Source: Hyaloraphidium curvatum SAG 235-1 (lineage: Eukaryota > Fungi > Monoblepharomycota). Taken from it: DNA of 64,000 nucleotides. The notes under the pieces were generated by a model. It was not told the origin of the DNA and ran no database searches. It worked only from the letters and a program-made list of their open reading frames with translations. The stretch's first letter is position 1; every line of letters starts with the position of its first letter. The position numbers and the translations under genes were made by a program. Shown here piece after piece: positions 1 through 11,655 of this stretch. The DNA is taken from positions 434,001-498,000 of the forward strand of contig JAIVFI010000007.1 in the NCBI GenBank assembly GCA_025558095.1. Reading direction: 5' to 3'.

Positions 1-566
1 ACGAGCGACAGCAGCTTGCGCGCCTCAGCAGCCGCCGACTCGGCCGTGCGCGTCTTCTTGTCGACGATCCGGTTCTCGCTCGTCGAGACGTAGAGGAAAA
101 TGGCTTCAAGCCTGCGCTCGCGTTCGGCAGCTGGCGAGAAGAGCAGGTCGAAAAGGAGTGCGACGAGGTGCCGGTAAGCGACCGAATGCGGCGACCGGTC
201 TTCGTGGTCGAGGCAAGGCCAAGCTTTCGTCACATGCACGCCGCGCGCGGCAGAGCTTTCCAATTGGAGACGTATCGAGTGACCGAGTACACTTGCATCG
301 ACGCGTCGCCCGGTGCCGATTGAGCACACGTCTACGCCAAAGCCGTGCTGGTGGGCGAGAACTTCGGGGAAGAGCCGTTCGAACGCGTCGTAGAGAGTCG
401 CAGTGTCGATGCCGCGGAGGGGGGAGGGCCCCGAGGACTTTTGCGCCTCCAAGGCTCCGAGCCCGAAGGACGAGTCGTCGTCCTCTTCAGCATCCGAGCT
501 CCAGGCCGAGGGCGGTCCATCGGAGCCCAAATCGCTCCCTGCGTCGTCGGCCGCGTCGCCGGTCAT
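1..566 (-). CDS. Hypothetical protein, 3' end outside window
   Basis: ATG at 566 opens a frame (MTGDAADDAGSDLGSDGPPSAWSSDAEEDDD...EAIFLYVSTSENRIVDKK) with no stop before base 1; divergent from the SDR at 733. Confidence 0.6.
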   Translation of the reverse strand, partial: MTGDAADDAGSDLGSDGPPSAWSSDAEEDDDSSFGLGALEAQKSSGPSPLRGIDTATLYDAFERLFPEVLAHQHGFGVDVCSIGTGRRVDASVLGHSIRLQLESSAARGVHVTKAWPCLDHEDRSPHSVAYRHLVALLFDLLFSPAAERERRLEAIFLYVSTSENRIVDKKTRTAESAAAEARKLLSL

Positions 567-732
567 TTTGGACGGGGAAAGCGCGTTGAGAGAATTCTCA
601 ACTGGAAATTGAGAACTTGGAAACGATCCGCGATCCGACGTCAACAGGGAGACAGCACCAACCCTCGTTCCATTCTTCGCGGGCGAACGGTCGGCGACCA
701 GCTCCAGGACTCACTCCGACCCGGGAATCCGA

Positions 733-1467
733 ATGAAAGTCGCAATCACGGGAGCGTCGCGTCCGCGGGGCATTGGTTTCGCCATCGCAACGGCCTTTAC
801 GCATCAGGCCGCACCTTGCCACCTACTGCTCGCCGCTCGGACAAAGGACGCGCTCGAAGCACGAGCGGCGGAGCTCGGCGCTCTGGGATTGCGCTCCGGG
901 ACTCACGCGGACGCGTTCGCGGCCGATTTGTCGACAAAGGAGGGCGCACAGGGGTTCGCCGAATTCGTGCTGACACGGGGCCGGCCTGGGCCCCCGGACG
1001 TACTCGTGAACAACTCCGGGAGCTACGTGCCGGGCACCACATCGGACGAGCCGGAGGGTGCCCTGCGGCGGATGCTGGAGGCCAACCTTTTGGGGGCGTA
1101 CGAGCTGACGCGGGCACTTCTGCCTTCGATGGTGGAGCGGGGATCGGGGCTGATCGTGAACGTGTGCTCGGTCGCCTCGCTGCGCGGCTTTTCCAATGGG
1201 GGCTCGTACTCGATAGCCAAGCACGCCCTCGCCGGGTTCTCGCGAAATCTGCGCGAGGAAACCAAGGGGACGGGCGTCAAGGTGACTGCGATCTACCCCG
1301 GCGCGACGCTGACAGAGTCCTGGGACCAGGAAGGTGTGGGGGCCTTTGACGGTCGGCCGATCATGGAGCCGCGGGATGTGGCAGCGATGATCGTGTGCCT
1401 GGCAAACCTTTCCCCGGGATCGGTGGTCGAGGAGATCGTAATGCGGCCGCAGGGAGGCGATCTGTAG
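733..1467 (+). CDS. Short-chain dehydrogenase/reductase (intronless)
   Basis: TGASRPRGIG Rossmann motif, LVNNSG, catalytic S...YSIAK (YxxxK), C-terminal RPQGGDL. Confidence 0.93.
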   Translation: MKVAITGASRPRGIGFAIATAFTHQAAPCHLLLAARTKDALEARAAELGALGLRSGTHADAFAADLSTKEGAQGFAEFVLTRGRPGPPDVLVNNSGSYVPGTTSDEPEGALRRMLEANLLGAYELTRALLPSMVERGSGLIVNVCSVASLRGFSNGGSYSIAKHALAGFSRNLREETKGTGVKVTAIYPGATLTESWDQEGVGAFDGRPIMEPRDVAAMIVCLANLSPGSVVEEIVMRPQGGDL

Positions 1468-1836
1468 TTTCTTACAGTTACGCTACGTTACTTGCGCTTA
1501 CGGTCATTTCGGAAACGATCAGATGTGTGGTGCGCGATCGCGGCGAAGGCGTCCGAAGGAGGCGCAAGCGTCTGCGCCGGAGGTCACCCAACCGCGGTAA
1601 GTCCCCCGGGCGGATCCGGCGCCTTGAAGTTTGCTGTTTGGATGCATAGCACCGTCCACGTGGGTACTCGAGCTCCGAGGAGCTGCGTAGCGTGCGGAAA
1701 TGCGATTGGATTGCGAGGGAAGGCCCGAGAGTTTTCCAAGGGACCCGGGGCTCTCAAAAGCGGGCCGCCGCCGCCGCAAGCCGCACCCGCCCCTGTCGCC
1801 CGAAACTCCGAACTCGCCATCCCCGCTTCGCAAGCA

Positions 1837-3579
1837 ATGTCGTTCTTCGGATTCCCGCAGTACGGCTATCCCTCCGGCTTCGGCTACCCGGCCGGGGGAT
1901 ACTACGACGACGATGACGACTGGGGAGCTCCCCGGCGCCCTCCGCGTCGCCCGCAGTTTCCCCCTTCCCCGTTCGGCGCGTATCCGTCCTACGAGGACGC
2001 CGTGCGCGCGCAGCAGTACGGCCAGCGCCCGCCTCAGCAGCGCCAGCAACGGCCGCCGTCGCACCCCCAGCAGAGGCAGCCCGCCCCGCCGAGCCGACCC
2101 GCTCCCCAGCAGCCGCGCACCCAGCACGCGCCGCAGCAGGCACACGCCCAGCAGGCTCCTAAGCCCGCACAGGCCCCGAAACCCGCCCCCGAGCAACCCC
2201 CGCCGAGGCCGTCCAGGCCGGCGCCCTCGCCCGACGACGCCGCGCGCAAGATCCAGAAGGAGTTCAAGGTGCACCAGCTGCGCGAGGGCGTCGCAAGCCA
2301 CCTGCCCGCGCTGGCGCAGCTGCAGAAGATCCAGGCCAAGATGACCGAGCTGATGGACACGTACTACGCCGAAGCGATGGGCACGGATCTCGTGTTCCAG
2401 CCGCCCTCGGGCGACCCCAGCAAGCTCCAGTTCACGGCAAAGGAAAACAGGCCCTTCCTCATGCTCGAGGAGAGCCTGATGCGCGTCCTCGTGGACCTCG
2501 ACGGCGTCAGCGCCGGCGGAAACCAAGAGATACGGAAAATGAGGAAGTCCTTGGTGACCGAGATCCAGGGCGTGCTCGACAGGCTGGACGCTAAGAAGCG
2601 CGGCAAGCCGCTGCCGGAGCCCGAGAGCACGGAAACCAAGGCTGAGGAGCAGCCGCAGCCCGAGGCGGAGCCGATGCAGGAGGACGTGACGCCGGCCGCC
2701 GATGAGGCGGCGGCGGAGGAGCCGCAGACGGAGGAGAAGATGGTGGAGGAGAAGCCTGCCGAGGCTGCGAAGGAGGAGGAGCGCAAGGACGCGGAGATGA
2801 AGGCGAACGAGGATCTGCCCGCGCTCGTCGACATGGACACTGTTCCGCCTTCCGAGGCCCGCAAGGCCGACGCCGTCGAGCCCGCGCCGATGGAGACAGA
2901 GACCGCGGAGGAGGCCGAGGCTGCCGAACCCGAGGCGCCAGCCGCGATCGAGCCCGAACCGGAGGAGCCCCAAGTCAAGGAGCCTGTCGCCGAACCCGTG
3001 GCCGAAGCCGCCAAGGCCGCTGAGCCCATGGAGGAGGAAGCTCCCAAGCCGCCGCAGCACTCCTCTCCGCACAAGAAGCATCACCACCACCACGAGCACC
3101 GGCACAACAAACCCTCTATGCCTCCGCAGCAAAAGTACGCCCCACCTCCCGGCCCTCCGCCGCAGCTCAAGCCCGCCAACGCGCTCCACCGCAACCGGAG
3201 CCAGCCCCCGCCAACCTCCCCCGAAGCCGCGGTCCCGCCGGGCCTCGCGCCCGGCCAGCACGCCCACCCCGCGCAGCAGTTCCACCAGCAGGCCTTCCCC
3301 TTCTCCTACTCGGTCCGCCCGCCGGCGGACGAACCCGAGGTGGTCTACAGGCGGATGCCTTCCCCCCAGCCTGGCCTGCCCCCCGGACAATATGTTTATG
3401 ACGCGTACGGAAACGCCTACCGCCGCGTGCCCAACGGCTACGAGGGGCCCTACATGCCCAGGCCGCAACCGGGAAGGCCGAGGGGGAGGCAGCAGCAGCG
3501 GGTCTACTACGACCCCGTCACCGGCGGCTACTACCGTGACGACGAAGATGAGGAGGTGCCGGATTGCAGGCTGCAATGA
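1837..3579 (+). CDS. BAG-domain Hsp70 co-chaperone with IQ-like motif and C-terminal CaaX-like box
   Basis: AARKIQKEFK (IQ-like), then LEESLMRVLVDLDGVSAGGNQEIRKMRKSLVTEIQGVLDRLD (BAG core); ends CRLQ; first ATG at 1837. Confidence 0.85.
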   Translation: MSFFGFPQYGYPSGFGYPAGGYYDDDDDWGAPRRPPRRPQFPPSPFGAYPSYEDAVRAQQYGQRPPQQRQQRPPSHPQQRQPAPPSRPAPQQPRTQHAPQQAHAQQAPKPAQAPKPAPEQPPPRPSRPAPSPDDAARKIQKEFKVHQLREGVASHLPALAQLQKIQAKMTELMDTYYAEAMGTDLVFQPPSGDPSKLQFTAKENRPFLMLEESLMRVLVDLDGVSAGGNQEIRKMRKSLVTEIQGVLDRLDAKKRGKPLPEPESTETKAEEQPQPEAEPMQEDVTPAADEAAAEEPQTEEKMVEEKPAEAAKEEERKDAEMKANEDLPALVDMDTVPPSEARKADAVEPAPMETETAEEAEAAEPEAPAAIEPEPEEPQVKEPVAEPVAEAAKAAEPMEEEAPKPPQHSSPHKKHHHHHEHRHNKPSMPPQQKYAPPPGPPPQLKPANALHRNRSQPPPTSPEAAVPPGLAPGQHAHPAQQFHQQAFPFSYSVRPPADEPEVVYRRMPSPQPGLPPGQYVYDAYGNAYRRVPNGYEGPYMPRPQPGRPRGRQQQRVYYDPVTGGYYRDDEDEEVPDCRLQ

Positions 3580-3673
3580 GGCGCCGATGCTTTGATGTAT
3601 TGAAAAATCGCAGACCTTGGCTGCAACTTGGCGGAGCACGTCCATTTGTCCAGCCCAACTAACTACAGGCTAT

Positions 3674-4843
3674 CTACATGTCCTCCGTGCTCCAGGCATA
3701 AGCCGCCTCGGCTTTGCTCGCCTGCTCGTTGCGCATCTCAAACAGTTTCTTCTCGAAGCCGTTGTCCCGCTGCACGCCGTCCCATCGGTACCCGGGGAGG
3801 ATGCCGAAGCGGTTCGGCGGCGGCGGCGGCCCCTTGTACAGCGGGCGCAGCGTCTTCTTCCGCTTCTTGACGAGCCCGGCCATGGGGTCGCCCCAGCGGT
3901 CGCGGTCCATGAGGTCCTCGTTCATCTCCCTGTCGTCCGCATACCGCGCGAGCGGCTTCGCCGCCTCCCTGGCGTACGCCAGCGCGGATTCCTCCTTTTC
4001 GCGCTCCTGGGCAAGCCCCTTGCCCCATGCCATCTTGGCTTCCTCCTCGGCCTCCTTGCGGCGCTGTTCCGCCAGCTCCTCGGCGCGCCGGGTCGCCATG
4101 TCCACCTTGCGGCCCGACTTTTCGCGGTACACCGTCGCGGCGTTGCGCCCGCTCTCGTGCGAGGAAAGAGCGGAGAGCCTCTTCATCTCCTCTGTCCGCC
4201 GCTTCTCGGCTTCGCGCCGGAGGTCCGCGGCCTTTTGCAGGCCCGCGGCGCTGCCGTCGGCCATCCTGGGCCCGGAATCCCCGGCCCCGGCGGGCGAAGG
4301 CGAGCGGCTATCATGCCGCCGCCGCCGTTTGGTGCCGGGCGGGGACGGAGACCTGCTGTCGTGCCGCCGCTTGGGCTCCGGGCTCCGCCGCGCTCCGTCG
4401 CCGTCGCTGTCCGAATCGTGCCTCCTCCGACGCGGCGGTGACCTCTGCCGCCCGCCGTCGTCCTCATCGTCCGTGTCGTGCCTCCGTCCGCGGCCCCGAA
4501 GCTCGCCCTCGCCGTCTGAATCGGCGCCTCCGAGCCCGGGCTGGACCGTCTGCCACCCCGCCTCGTCGAACCGCTTGAACTTCGGCCCCTCGTCCTCATC
4601 CTCCGACTCTTCCTCGACCTTTGTCAGCACATTGTCGCCCAGCAGGTCCTCCAGGTCGTCCCGCGCCGCGTTGTCCTCGCGCGATGCCTTCCAGGCGTCG
4701 TCCGCGTCCTCGTCGACGATGCCGACCGTCGCGCCGGCCACCTGCTTCGGCCGCTTCTTCTTCTTCTTCTTGCGCTCCACCGACTCGGAGATGTCGTCCC
4801 CCGGGTTCAGATACTTCGCGAGCAGGTATTCCTTACTCGCCAT
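3674..4843 (-). CDS. BUD13: Pre-mRNA splicing factor Bud13/Cwc26 (RES complex)
   Basis: N-terminal YLLAKYL, RRRHDS repeats, C-terminal DRWGDPMA...PPPNRFGILPGYRWDGVQRDNGFE...WSTEDM. Confidence 0.95.
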   Translation of the reverse strand: MASKEYLLAKYLNPGDDISESVERKKKKKKRPKQVAGATVGIVDEDADDAWKASREDNAARDDLEDLLGDNVLTKVEEESEDEDEGPKFKRFDEAGWQTVQPGLGGADSDGEGELRGRGRRHDTDDEDDGGRQRSPPRRRRHDSDSDGDGARRSPEPKRRHDSRSPSPPGTKRRRRHDSRSPSPAGAGDSGPRMADGSAAGLQKAADLRREAEKRRTEEMKRLSALSSHESGRNAATVYREKSGRKVDMATRRAEELAEQRRKEAEEEAKMAWGKGLAQEREKEESALAYAREAAKPLARYADDREMNEDLMDRDRWGDPMAGLVKKRKKTLRPLYKGPPPPPNRFGILPGYRWDGVQRDNGFEKKLFEMRNEQASKAEAAYAWSTEDM

Positions 4844-5075
4844 ATCGTTCCGGCGCCGGTCGCACGCCCGGGCCAATCCCGCCGAATCGAGTCCGCAGCA
4901 GGGTTCGACGCTGTCTGCGGGCCTTCACGCACGCGTCCCGCGTCCAGCTGTCGCCTTGGAGCGAGCTGCGCAGGGGAATAAGGTGATTGCGCGTGCGGGC
5001 GGGCCGGCCGGAGATCGTTGACGGGCCGGCTCTCGCCAAACAGGCGAAACGGACGCTACCCCCTTTCCACCGCCG

Positions 5076-6432
5076 ATGGCTTCATCGGCAAATGGAAACG
5101 GCGATGTTGAACTTACGGGGACCGCGCCATCGGCCGTCGCGTCGGCGGCGACGCTGACGTCTCCGGAACCTGCTCTTCTGCACTCTAACGGGGCGGCTGC
5201 CCAGGGGGCCAAAGCGCCGCCAAAGCCGCCGCAGCCGTCTGCTACCGAGATACAACGGCTGGTCGACCGATACGTGCAGACGTTCCGATTGTGCTACTAC
5301 AAAGAGACGAGCTTCCATGCCTCGCCGCAGGACCCGGAGCTGCGGAAGGGGGCCAACGCCTGGAAGAGGCTCACGGCCTGGCAGCGGCCCTTCCACTGGA
5401 TGTTCCTCCTGATGCTCTTCACCTGGATAACGACGACGGTGGTGTTCTTCGGGATTTCTGGCTGGTTCATCTCCCCGGTTCCGGCGCGGAACGGGGTAAT
5501 GATCTTCCTCGCGGTGCTACATGCCGTGCAGCTGGCCTGCACGGTGCATGTGACAACGGTGAACAACGAGGACAAAAGGGTGCTGGCCGAGGGGAAGCCG
5601 CGGGACCTGGACTACCTGAAACAGCGGGGCGTGCCGGTTGTCTACGAGGGCTTTTGCGGAGTCTGCCAGCTGGAAGTGTACGTCTGCCGCCGGGTCACAT
5701 CTTGCATCCGAGTCACGGGTCGGCTCCCTAGGCTTCCGCAGACACGACATTGCAAGCTGTGTAACAAGTGCATAGCGTGAGGATCCTCGTCGCGGCGGGA
5801 TGGAAGCCTGGTTCTCACCCCCCGTTCTAGTGTTTACGACCACCACTGCGTCTATCTCAACGCGTGCATTGGCCAAGCCAACTACGGGTGAGATCCATGT
5901 GGAGCCGCACATGTCAACATGGTCTGACTTCTTTCAACCAAAAGCTCCTTTTTTGTGGTGCTCCTTCTCTCCTTCCTGGTTACGGGCTTCAACGCGGGCT
6001 GGTCCCTCTATTGCTTCTCTGTCTGCTTCATCGACCCGGAGCGCGCGCGAACTTCCCGTGAGAGCCGATCGGTGTCGTCTCCAACTGCTGGAGCTCACGG
6101 CGCGTTTTTCAGTGCCCTATAATAATCCGAACGCGATCTACGCGGCATACGTCCTGCTGCCCTTTCAGGGTCTGCTGGACGGTGTTGCAATGTCGCTTGT
6201 GGGCCTTCTGCTTCAGTTCCACATTGCGTTGTGTGAGTATCCTCCTTTCCTGTCCTGGGAGAAACGATGCTGAAGACACGTTCCGCATACAACAGGGGAC
6301 CAGAATCTGACCACGCACGAGTACTCAAACCAGGTACCGCCAAAGCGACCGAGGCTTTACAGGCGAATATGGAACCGGCTTACGGAGCAAGGGGAGGCGA
6401 AGTCGGCAATTTATGGATCGTCGGCGGCATGA
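5076..6432 (+). CDS. DHHC palmitoyltransferase (multi-exon)
   Basis: Spliced CGVC...TRHCKLCNKCI..YDHHCVYLNACIG..NY Cys-rich domain, TM helices, TTHEY (TTxE) motif in last exon. Confidence 0.9.
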
Positions 6433-6525
6433 CAGTAGCGATACAGTGTTGCGACGTGGAAGTGGAGGCATGGGAGATGTGCGATGTGCGACGTGCAAAC
6501 AGAATCAATTCCATCAAAAGCAGAA

Positions 6526-7379
6526 TCAGCCAATGTCCATGGCGTTCTCCGTCTGGTCCACCGCCCCTTCCTCTTCCTCCGCAGCCGCCTCTATCGGCGT
6601 GACGACAGAAGCTATTGGCTTCTCCAGGTCCCTGGCCGCTTCCTCCTCGGCCCGCTGCTTGCTTTCCGCAATGATTGTCCGAAGCTGCTGAGCAACGCAG
6701 AGAAGCGACGTAAACTGCTTCTTCCTCAGCTCCCATTCGTCGTCGAGCTGCTTTCCTTCCTTCAGCAGCAGGTTCAGCTCCTCCTGCAGCTGCTGGATCT
6801 GGCGCTCGTTCTCTCTCCGCTCCGGGATCTTGAGGATCTTCTTCGCCAGCTCGTCGTACTCGGCCTTGTTCTTCCGCTCCTCCTGTGCCCGCTCGAGGCG
6901 CCTCTTCAGGCCTTCTATCTCGTCCTTGGCGGCCTGCATGTCCCCTTCGATCCTCGCCTGTTCGTGCCGGTAGCGATCGACCTCCCGAGAAACCATGCGA
7001 GACGTGTAGCGGTTCTTCAAAGAAGCTATTCGCAGATCGTCCACCTCCTTGAGGCATATGTCGAGAGCAAGACGCCTGGAATGCCGAATGCAGTCGGACA
7101 CGGTGCTTCACGGCCCGCAGGCCCGGCCACCCACGCTTCCTCCAGCTTGTTCTCCCGCAGAAACTTTTGAAACAGAGTAAACTGTTTCATGAGGCCCTTT
7201 CGCGGCCTCTCATTGGCCACCAGCCGCAAGTGGATCAGCGTGTCTGGCCCCGTGTGTCCGACGCGTCAAGCGGGCTCAAAGAAGACATCGCGGCGGAGAC
7301 CACCTTCATCGGTAATGTCTGGAAGCTGGAGCGCCTCTCCAGCGTATTTGGACTGTATCGGCGAGGGCTCAATCTCCAT
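6526..7379 (-). CDS. THOC7: THO complex subunit 7 (Thoc7/Mft1), 3 exons
   Basis: Spliced ITDEDTLIHLRLVANERP...; coiled coil with AQEERKNKAEYDELAKKILKIPER. Confidence 0.85.
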
Positions 7380-7442
7380 CGCGAGGTCCTTCGTCGGAGG
7401 TGACAAGCGCGGCGGTGATCACGACGACGTTGTCTTCGAACG

Positions 7443-8189
7443 ATGCCGCGCCCGGAAGACGCGATCGTTCTCGAGTACGGAGACGTGGTTCTCCGGAAGG
7501 CGGATCTGCACACGCTCGAGGATCGGCAGACGTTCCTGACGGACACAGTCATCGAGTACGCCATGGAAAGGCTGGAACTGGAGGGCACCACGAGTCGAAA
7601 CCGTTCCTGGCGCGTGAAGCTGCTCCGTCCCTCGATGGTGCACCTTTTGGCCCATTCTTCTATCGATTCGACGGACGTCGCGAGCCTCCTGGGCCTGACC
7701 CTGCTGGGTGCGAACTCGGACGCCACGGACCAGGCAATCTTTCTCCCATGCAACGACCAGTCTCGCAATGCGGTCGGTGGAACGCATTGGTCCCTCCTGG
7801 TGCTCCATGAGCGTTGCCGCGACGGAGCTCATGAATTTGTCTATCGATACTACGACTCCATGAATAGTTACAACGAGCCCAGCGCGCAGAGGGTGCGAAA
7901 TCGATTGTCCTCTGCGCTCGCGTCGACTTCCACGGACTCGGACACACTCGTGATGCTTCGCAAAGCATCCTTTGCGTCCATGGTCTGCCCTCAGCAGGCG
8001 AACGGATTCGATTGCGGCATCTTCCTTGTCGCGTTTGTTCAGGAACTCGTGGGCCGAATCGCCCACGGCGCAACAGACATTGACACCATGTGGGAGTTGG
8101 CGTCGTGGACAGTGGAGCCAACGGATGTGGTCAGCGAACTGCTGAAGGCCATTCGGAATGAGCCCGTGATCGTCAAACCCGGAACGTGA
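7443..8189 (+). CDS. SENP8: NEDD8-specific protease (SENP8/DEN1, Ulp1 family)
   Basis: LEYGDVVLRKADL, GGTHWSLLV, YYDSM, QQANGFDCGIF (His-Asp-Cys triad). Confidence 0.9.
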   Translation: MPRPEDAIVLEYGDVVLRKADLHTLEDRQTFLTDTVIEYAMERLELEGTTSRNRSWRVKLLRPSMVHLLAHSSIDSTDVASLLGLTLLGANSDATDQAIFLPCNDQSRNAVGGTHWSLLVLHERCRDGAHEFVYRYYDSMNSYNEPSAQRVRNRLSSALASTSTDSDTLVMLRKASFASMVCPQQANGFDCGIFLVAFVQELVGRIAHGATDIDTMWELASWTVEPTDVVSELLKAIRNEPVIVKPGT

Positions 8190-8231
8190 TCCCAATACTA
8201 TGCAACAAAAACCAATGAATGAATCTAGCGC

Positions 8232-10859
8232 CTACTTGGCGCTGGTGCGTCGCGACTGCGTTCCAAACTCTCCTCCATCGGCTGCCTTGCCCGACCGCGG
8301 GGTTGCCTGCCTCTTCTCCAGTTCCGCCAGGAACACAGCGTAGCGCTCCCGATCGCGCTTCACCTCCCTCGCCTCCTGCCATTTGCGACCAACGATTTCC
8401 TCCATCTTCCTCTTCCCCTTGCCGGACAGCGGTCTGAGGAAACTCAGGTGGTTGATCACGCCCCTGATTGCTTCCAGCTTGTCGTTCTGGATGCGTATCA
8501 GGGCCGAAAGCTGGTCCACGGTCACTTTTACCGATGCCGGGGTGGCAAAGAACGCGCTGGCTACGGCAGCGTTCACCGCAGAAACCCATTCGCCAGCATG
8601 CTCTCCCTTGACCACGTAGTCCTTTGTAAAGGGCGGCGACGGCAACCAAAGGTGCCAGCAGCCGGGCGCTTCCTTAGGCACCGCGGTGTTTGCCCGCTCG
8701 GAATCATCTGCGACGTCCTCAGCGCCGCCGCGGTAAAACCACGGGTCCCAGACGGCCACCGCCCCTTCCAGTGGTAGAATTGTTGTCTTGCGGGATGCAG
8801 GGTTGTAGAGCGTCACCGTCCCGTCGTTTTTGAGGGCGACCCATGTCAGAGGCCAGGCTCCAAAGTCTTCGGCGGCGTTCCCCAACGAGGAACCGGGCTC
8901 GCTCGTCGAAAGCGAGCTCTGCAGCGAACTCACGGACGCGCTGGTGACGAGCACGCTCGTCATACCATTTCCGGGGTCGGAAATGTAGGCTGCAGCGGGC
9001 GGCCTCGACGAAGAAGACGCAGATGTCGCATGCGGCACCTTGCGCACGTTCAACCTCGCGTGCAGGAGCACGCTGCTCGGATCCAGCATGGATGCCGGCG
9101 GCTGGGCGTACGATGCCGATTGAGCCTGCGAGGCGAACGAACCAGAGCGAGAGCCCATGACTGAAGATCGCGACGACATGGACAAAGACGGCCGGCTCAG
9201 GCTTCCGTTTGCGGAATAGACGGAAAATCGTCCCAGAGTAGAAGACAAGGAAGGGCGATGCAAGCTCGAACTCGAGCGGGCCGAGTTGATGAACGTGGAC
9301 GACGACTCTGAAGTCCGTGCGTCCACGCCAGGTGCCGCAACAGCGAGCGACAGCCGCTTGACGGAGGCGTCCAAGCCCGATGCGTCCGAGCCCTGCGTCG
9401 CGAGCGCGGGCATCGGAGGATCCGACCCGACTGCTGTCGCTGCCAACACGCCAGCCGTAATGTCCAAGACCTGCGACGGTGCCGTCGAAAGAGGCGCAGG
9501 CGTGGGCTGCGAGGACGAGAACACCGCTTGGAAGCTCAACTGCATAAGGTGGTCGATCGCATCCAAGGCGGATTCGGCAGATTGGATCTGGGAAGCAAGA
9601 ACCTTGAGCGCGGATCCCCGCTTCTGCCGAGATATGGTAACTCACGTCTCCCATGGCCCAACCAGCGCGCTTCTTCAGCGAACCGCCGGTCGCCCAATTC
9701 AGCATCTTCTGAAACGCTTTCTTGCCCCCGCTCTTGTCCAAAGGCACGGCGAGCGGGAGTGATGGCGGCGCCGTAGCCGCCCGGAAGGATGATCGGCTTC
9801 CGCGTTCGCCTTTCTTCAAACCGAGCTTCTTTGCTGTCCTGCCCAAACCCCAGTTCTTCCGCTTGGTGGAATCCGATCCGGGCTCCGCCGCGCCGGGGCC
9901 CATGCGGAACTCCACGCTGGCCACGTTCTCGTAGAGAATCTCCAGCAGCTCGGCAGGAAGCGATCGCGCCGCGGGGCCGAAGCGCGTGTTGTTGATGAAG
10001 TCCGACGGCGACATTTTGCGCTTCACGTGCGGGGAGTGCAGATCCGTGTTCAGCATCAAGAGCGAAAACGTAAGGATGTGTGCCGCGTCTGCGGAGGGAC
10101 GGAGTTGACAACGGTGCGACGCAGCTACGGGGACAGCATGGCGTACCGGCGTTCTCGAAGACGTCCGGATTGTCCTCATGGTACTTGTTGGCGAAGGCCG
10201 CGACGACCCGGTCGATCTGCTGGCTCTCCTTCGGGAGCTCGAAAGTCTCCAGGAAGTCGCGGAGCGACTCGTCGACAGGCATGTTGGTAAAGTCGAATTC
10301 CGAAAGCAGGAGCCTGCGGAGCTCCTCGTGGAACGAAGAGTCGCTGCCGACGGAGCGCAAAAGGTTAGGAGGCACAAGTGCGAAATCAGCTTGCTCGAAC
10401 GAACCCTTGGGCAACCAGTCCAGCAAGTTCGCTGGTGTTTGCGACCTCCTTGAGCTTCTCGTAGAAAGCGACGGGGCTCGCGTAAAGTGAGGGATCATCG
10501 TTGAGAAGATTCATGCGCGACGTCGACAGGTTGATCTTCAGCACGACGGGTTTCGACTCGGTCGAAAGCCGAGGGGTCCGGGGCATGGACGCCGACAGAT
10601 TCCGCGTCGCTGACGACGGCGAAGGAGGCTCCGTGGGACCAGCCAAAGGCCGGGCGCTGGCAGTATCCTCGCTCGCCACAACGTCCCCGTCCGCGTTGAC
10701 AACGATCGTCTCCTCGGGCACCGTGGCGAGGCCAATGCGCGGCACGGGCGGCACGGGCTGCGGAGACATCGACAACTGCAGACCGCCATCCGTGGGCATC
10801 GCCGCCGCGGAAAATGGAGCCGCAAGAGCCATCCCGCCATTAGATTCGGTGGCCGCCAT
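8232..10859 (-). CDS. Sec7-domain ARF guanine exchange factor with C-terminal PH-like region (multi-exon)
   Basis: FELPKESQQIDRVVAAFA glutamic finger, ILTFSLLMLNTDLHSPHVKRKMS; internal exon boundaries approximate. Confidence 0.88.
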
Positions 10860-11655
10860 GGCTAGTCGACTTGGCAGCCTGGAGTCGAGTCCCGAGTCAC
10901 GTCCACGGTGGGCGGAGCAAGCAACCCCCCGACGCAGTCAAAGCAGCGACATGCTGCAACGGAGCGAGCGGGTGCGATGATTCGTACGCCTCAATCGGAG
11001 GCGCGTTCGCCAGCTCTCGGTTGTCGCCGGGGGCCGTTCAAAGCCGAGCACTCCGGCAGGTCGGGGTTGGTCGCTTGTGCGCCAGGTGCCGCTCCTCCGT
11101 CGGGCTTGCGGCTCCAGGCGCAGTTCACCAAATTCAAAGCCTGCGTCGGTCACAGCCGACGGCAATCGGTTTTGTGCGTGGCGCCGCTTACGAGTTGGGC
11201 CCTGGTGAAGCGTGTGCGCCGAGCGGGGTGGCGAGCAGCAGAGGCGCACCCACCCCGCTCGCACCAAGTCACTACTCAGCATCTGCGAGCTCTTCATGAA
11301 TGCAATTTGTTGCCACACCGTCTCTCGTCACTGTTTGACCTTAGTCCGCTCCGCGATCGCAGCTTAGATCGCAGCTCGCAAGCGGGGACGGTCCAATCGA
11401 GATGCCTTTCCAGTCGTCGCGTGGTCGGCCCCTCCTTGTTTGAAAGGGCGATCTTTGTTGTCGCGATAGTCACCGGCAGTCGTTGATTGTCGACCCGGGC
11501 GGTGGCGGTGACGACCAGGTCTCATCCTCATCCATGATTTCGCTCATCTGCGGCCACCCCTCCAATGGCCGTACCCGGTTTCCGATGCATCGAGACGTGT
11601 TCCGATTAGCGGAGGCACGGTAGTCGCCCTCTGAGTCCCATTACTCGGAGCCACG

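Noticed and set aside
1519-3645. 708-aa antisense ORF, and similar long shadow ORFs (3714-5021, 23315-25276, 51419-53599)
   Set aside because: Antisense or off-frame shadows of GC-rich genes; no recognisable motifs.
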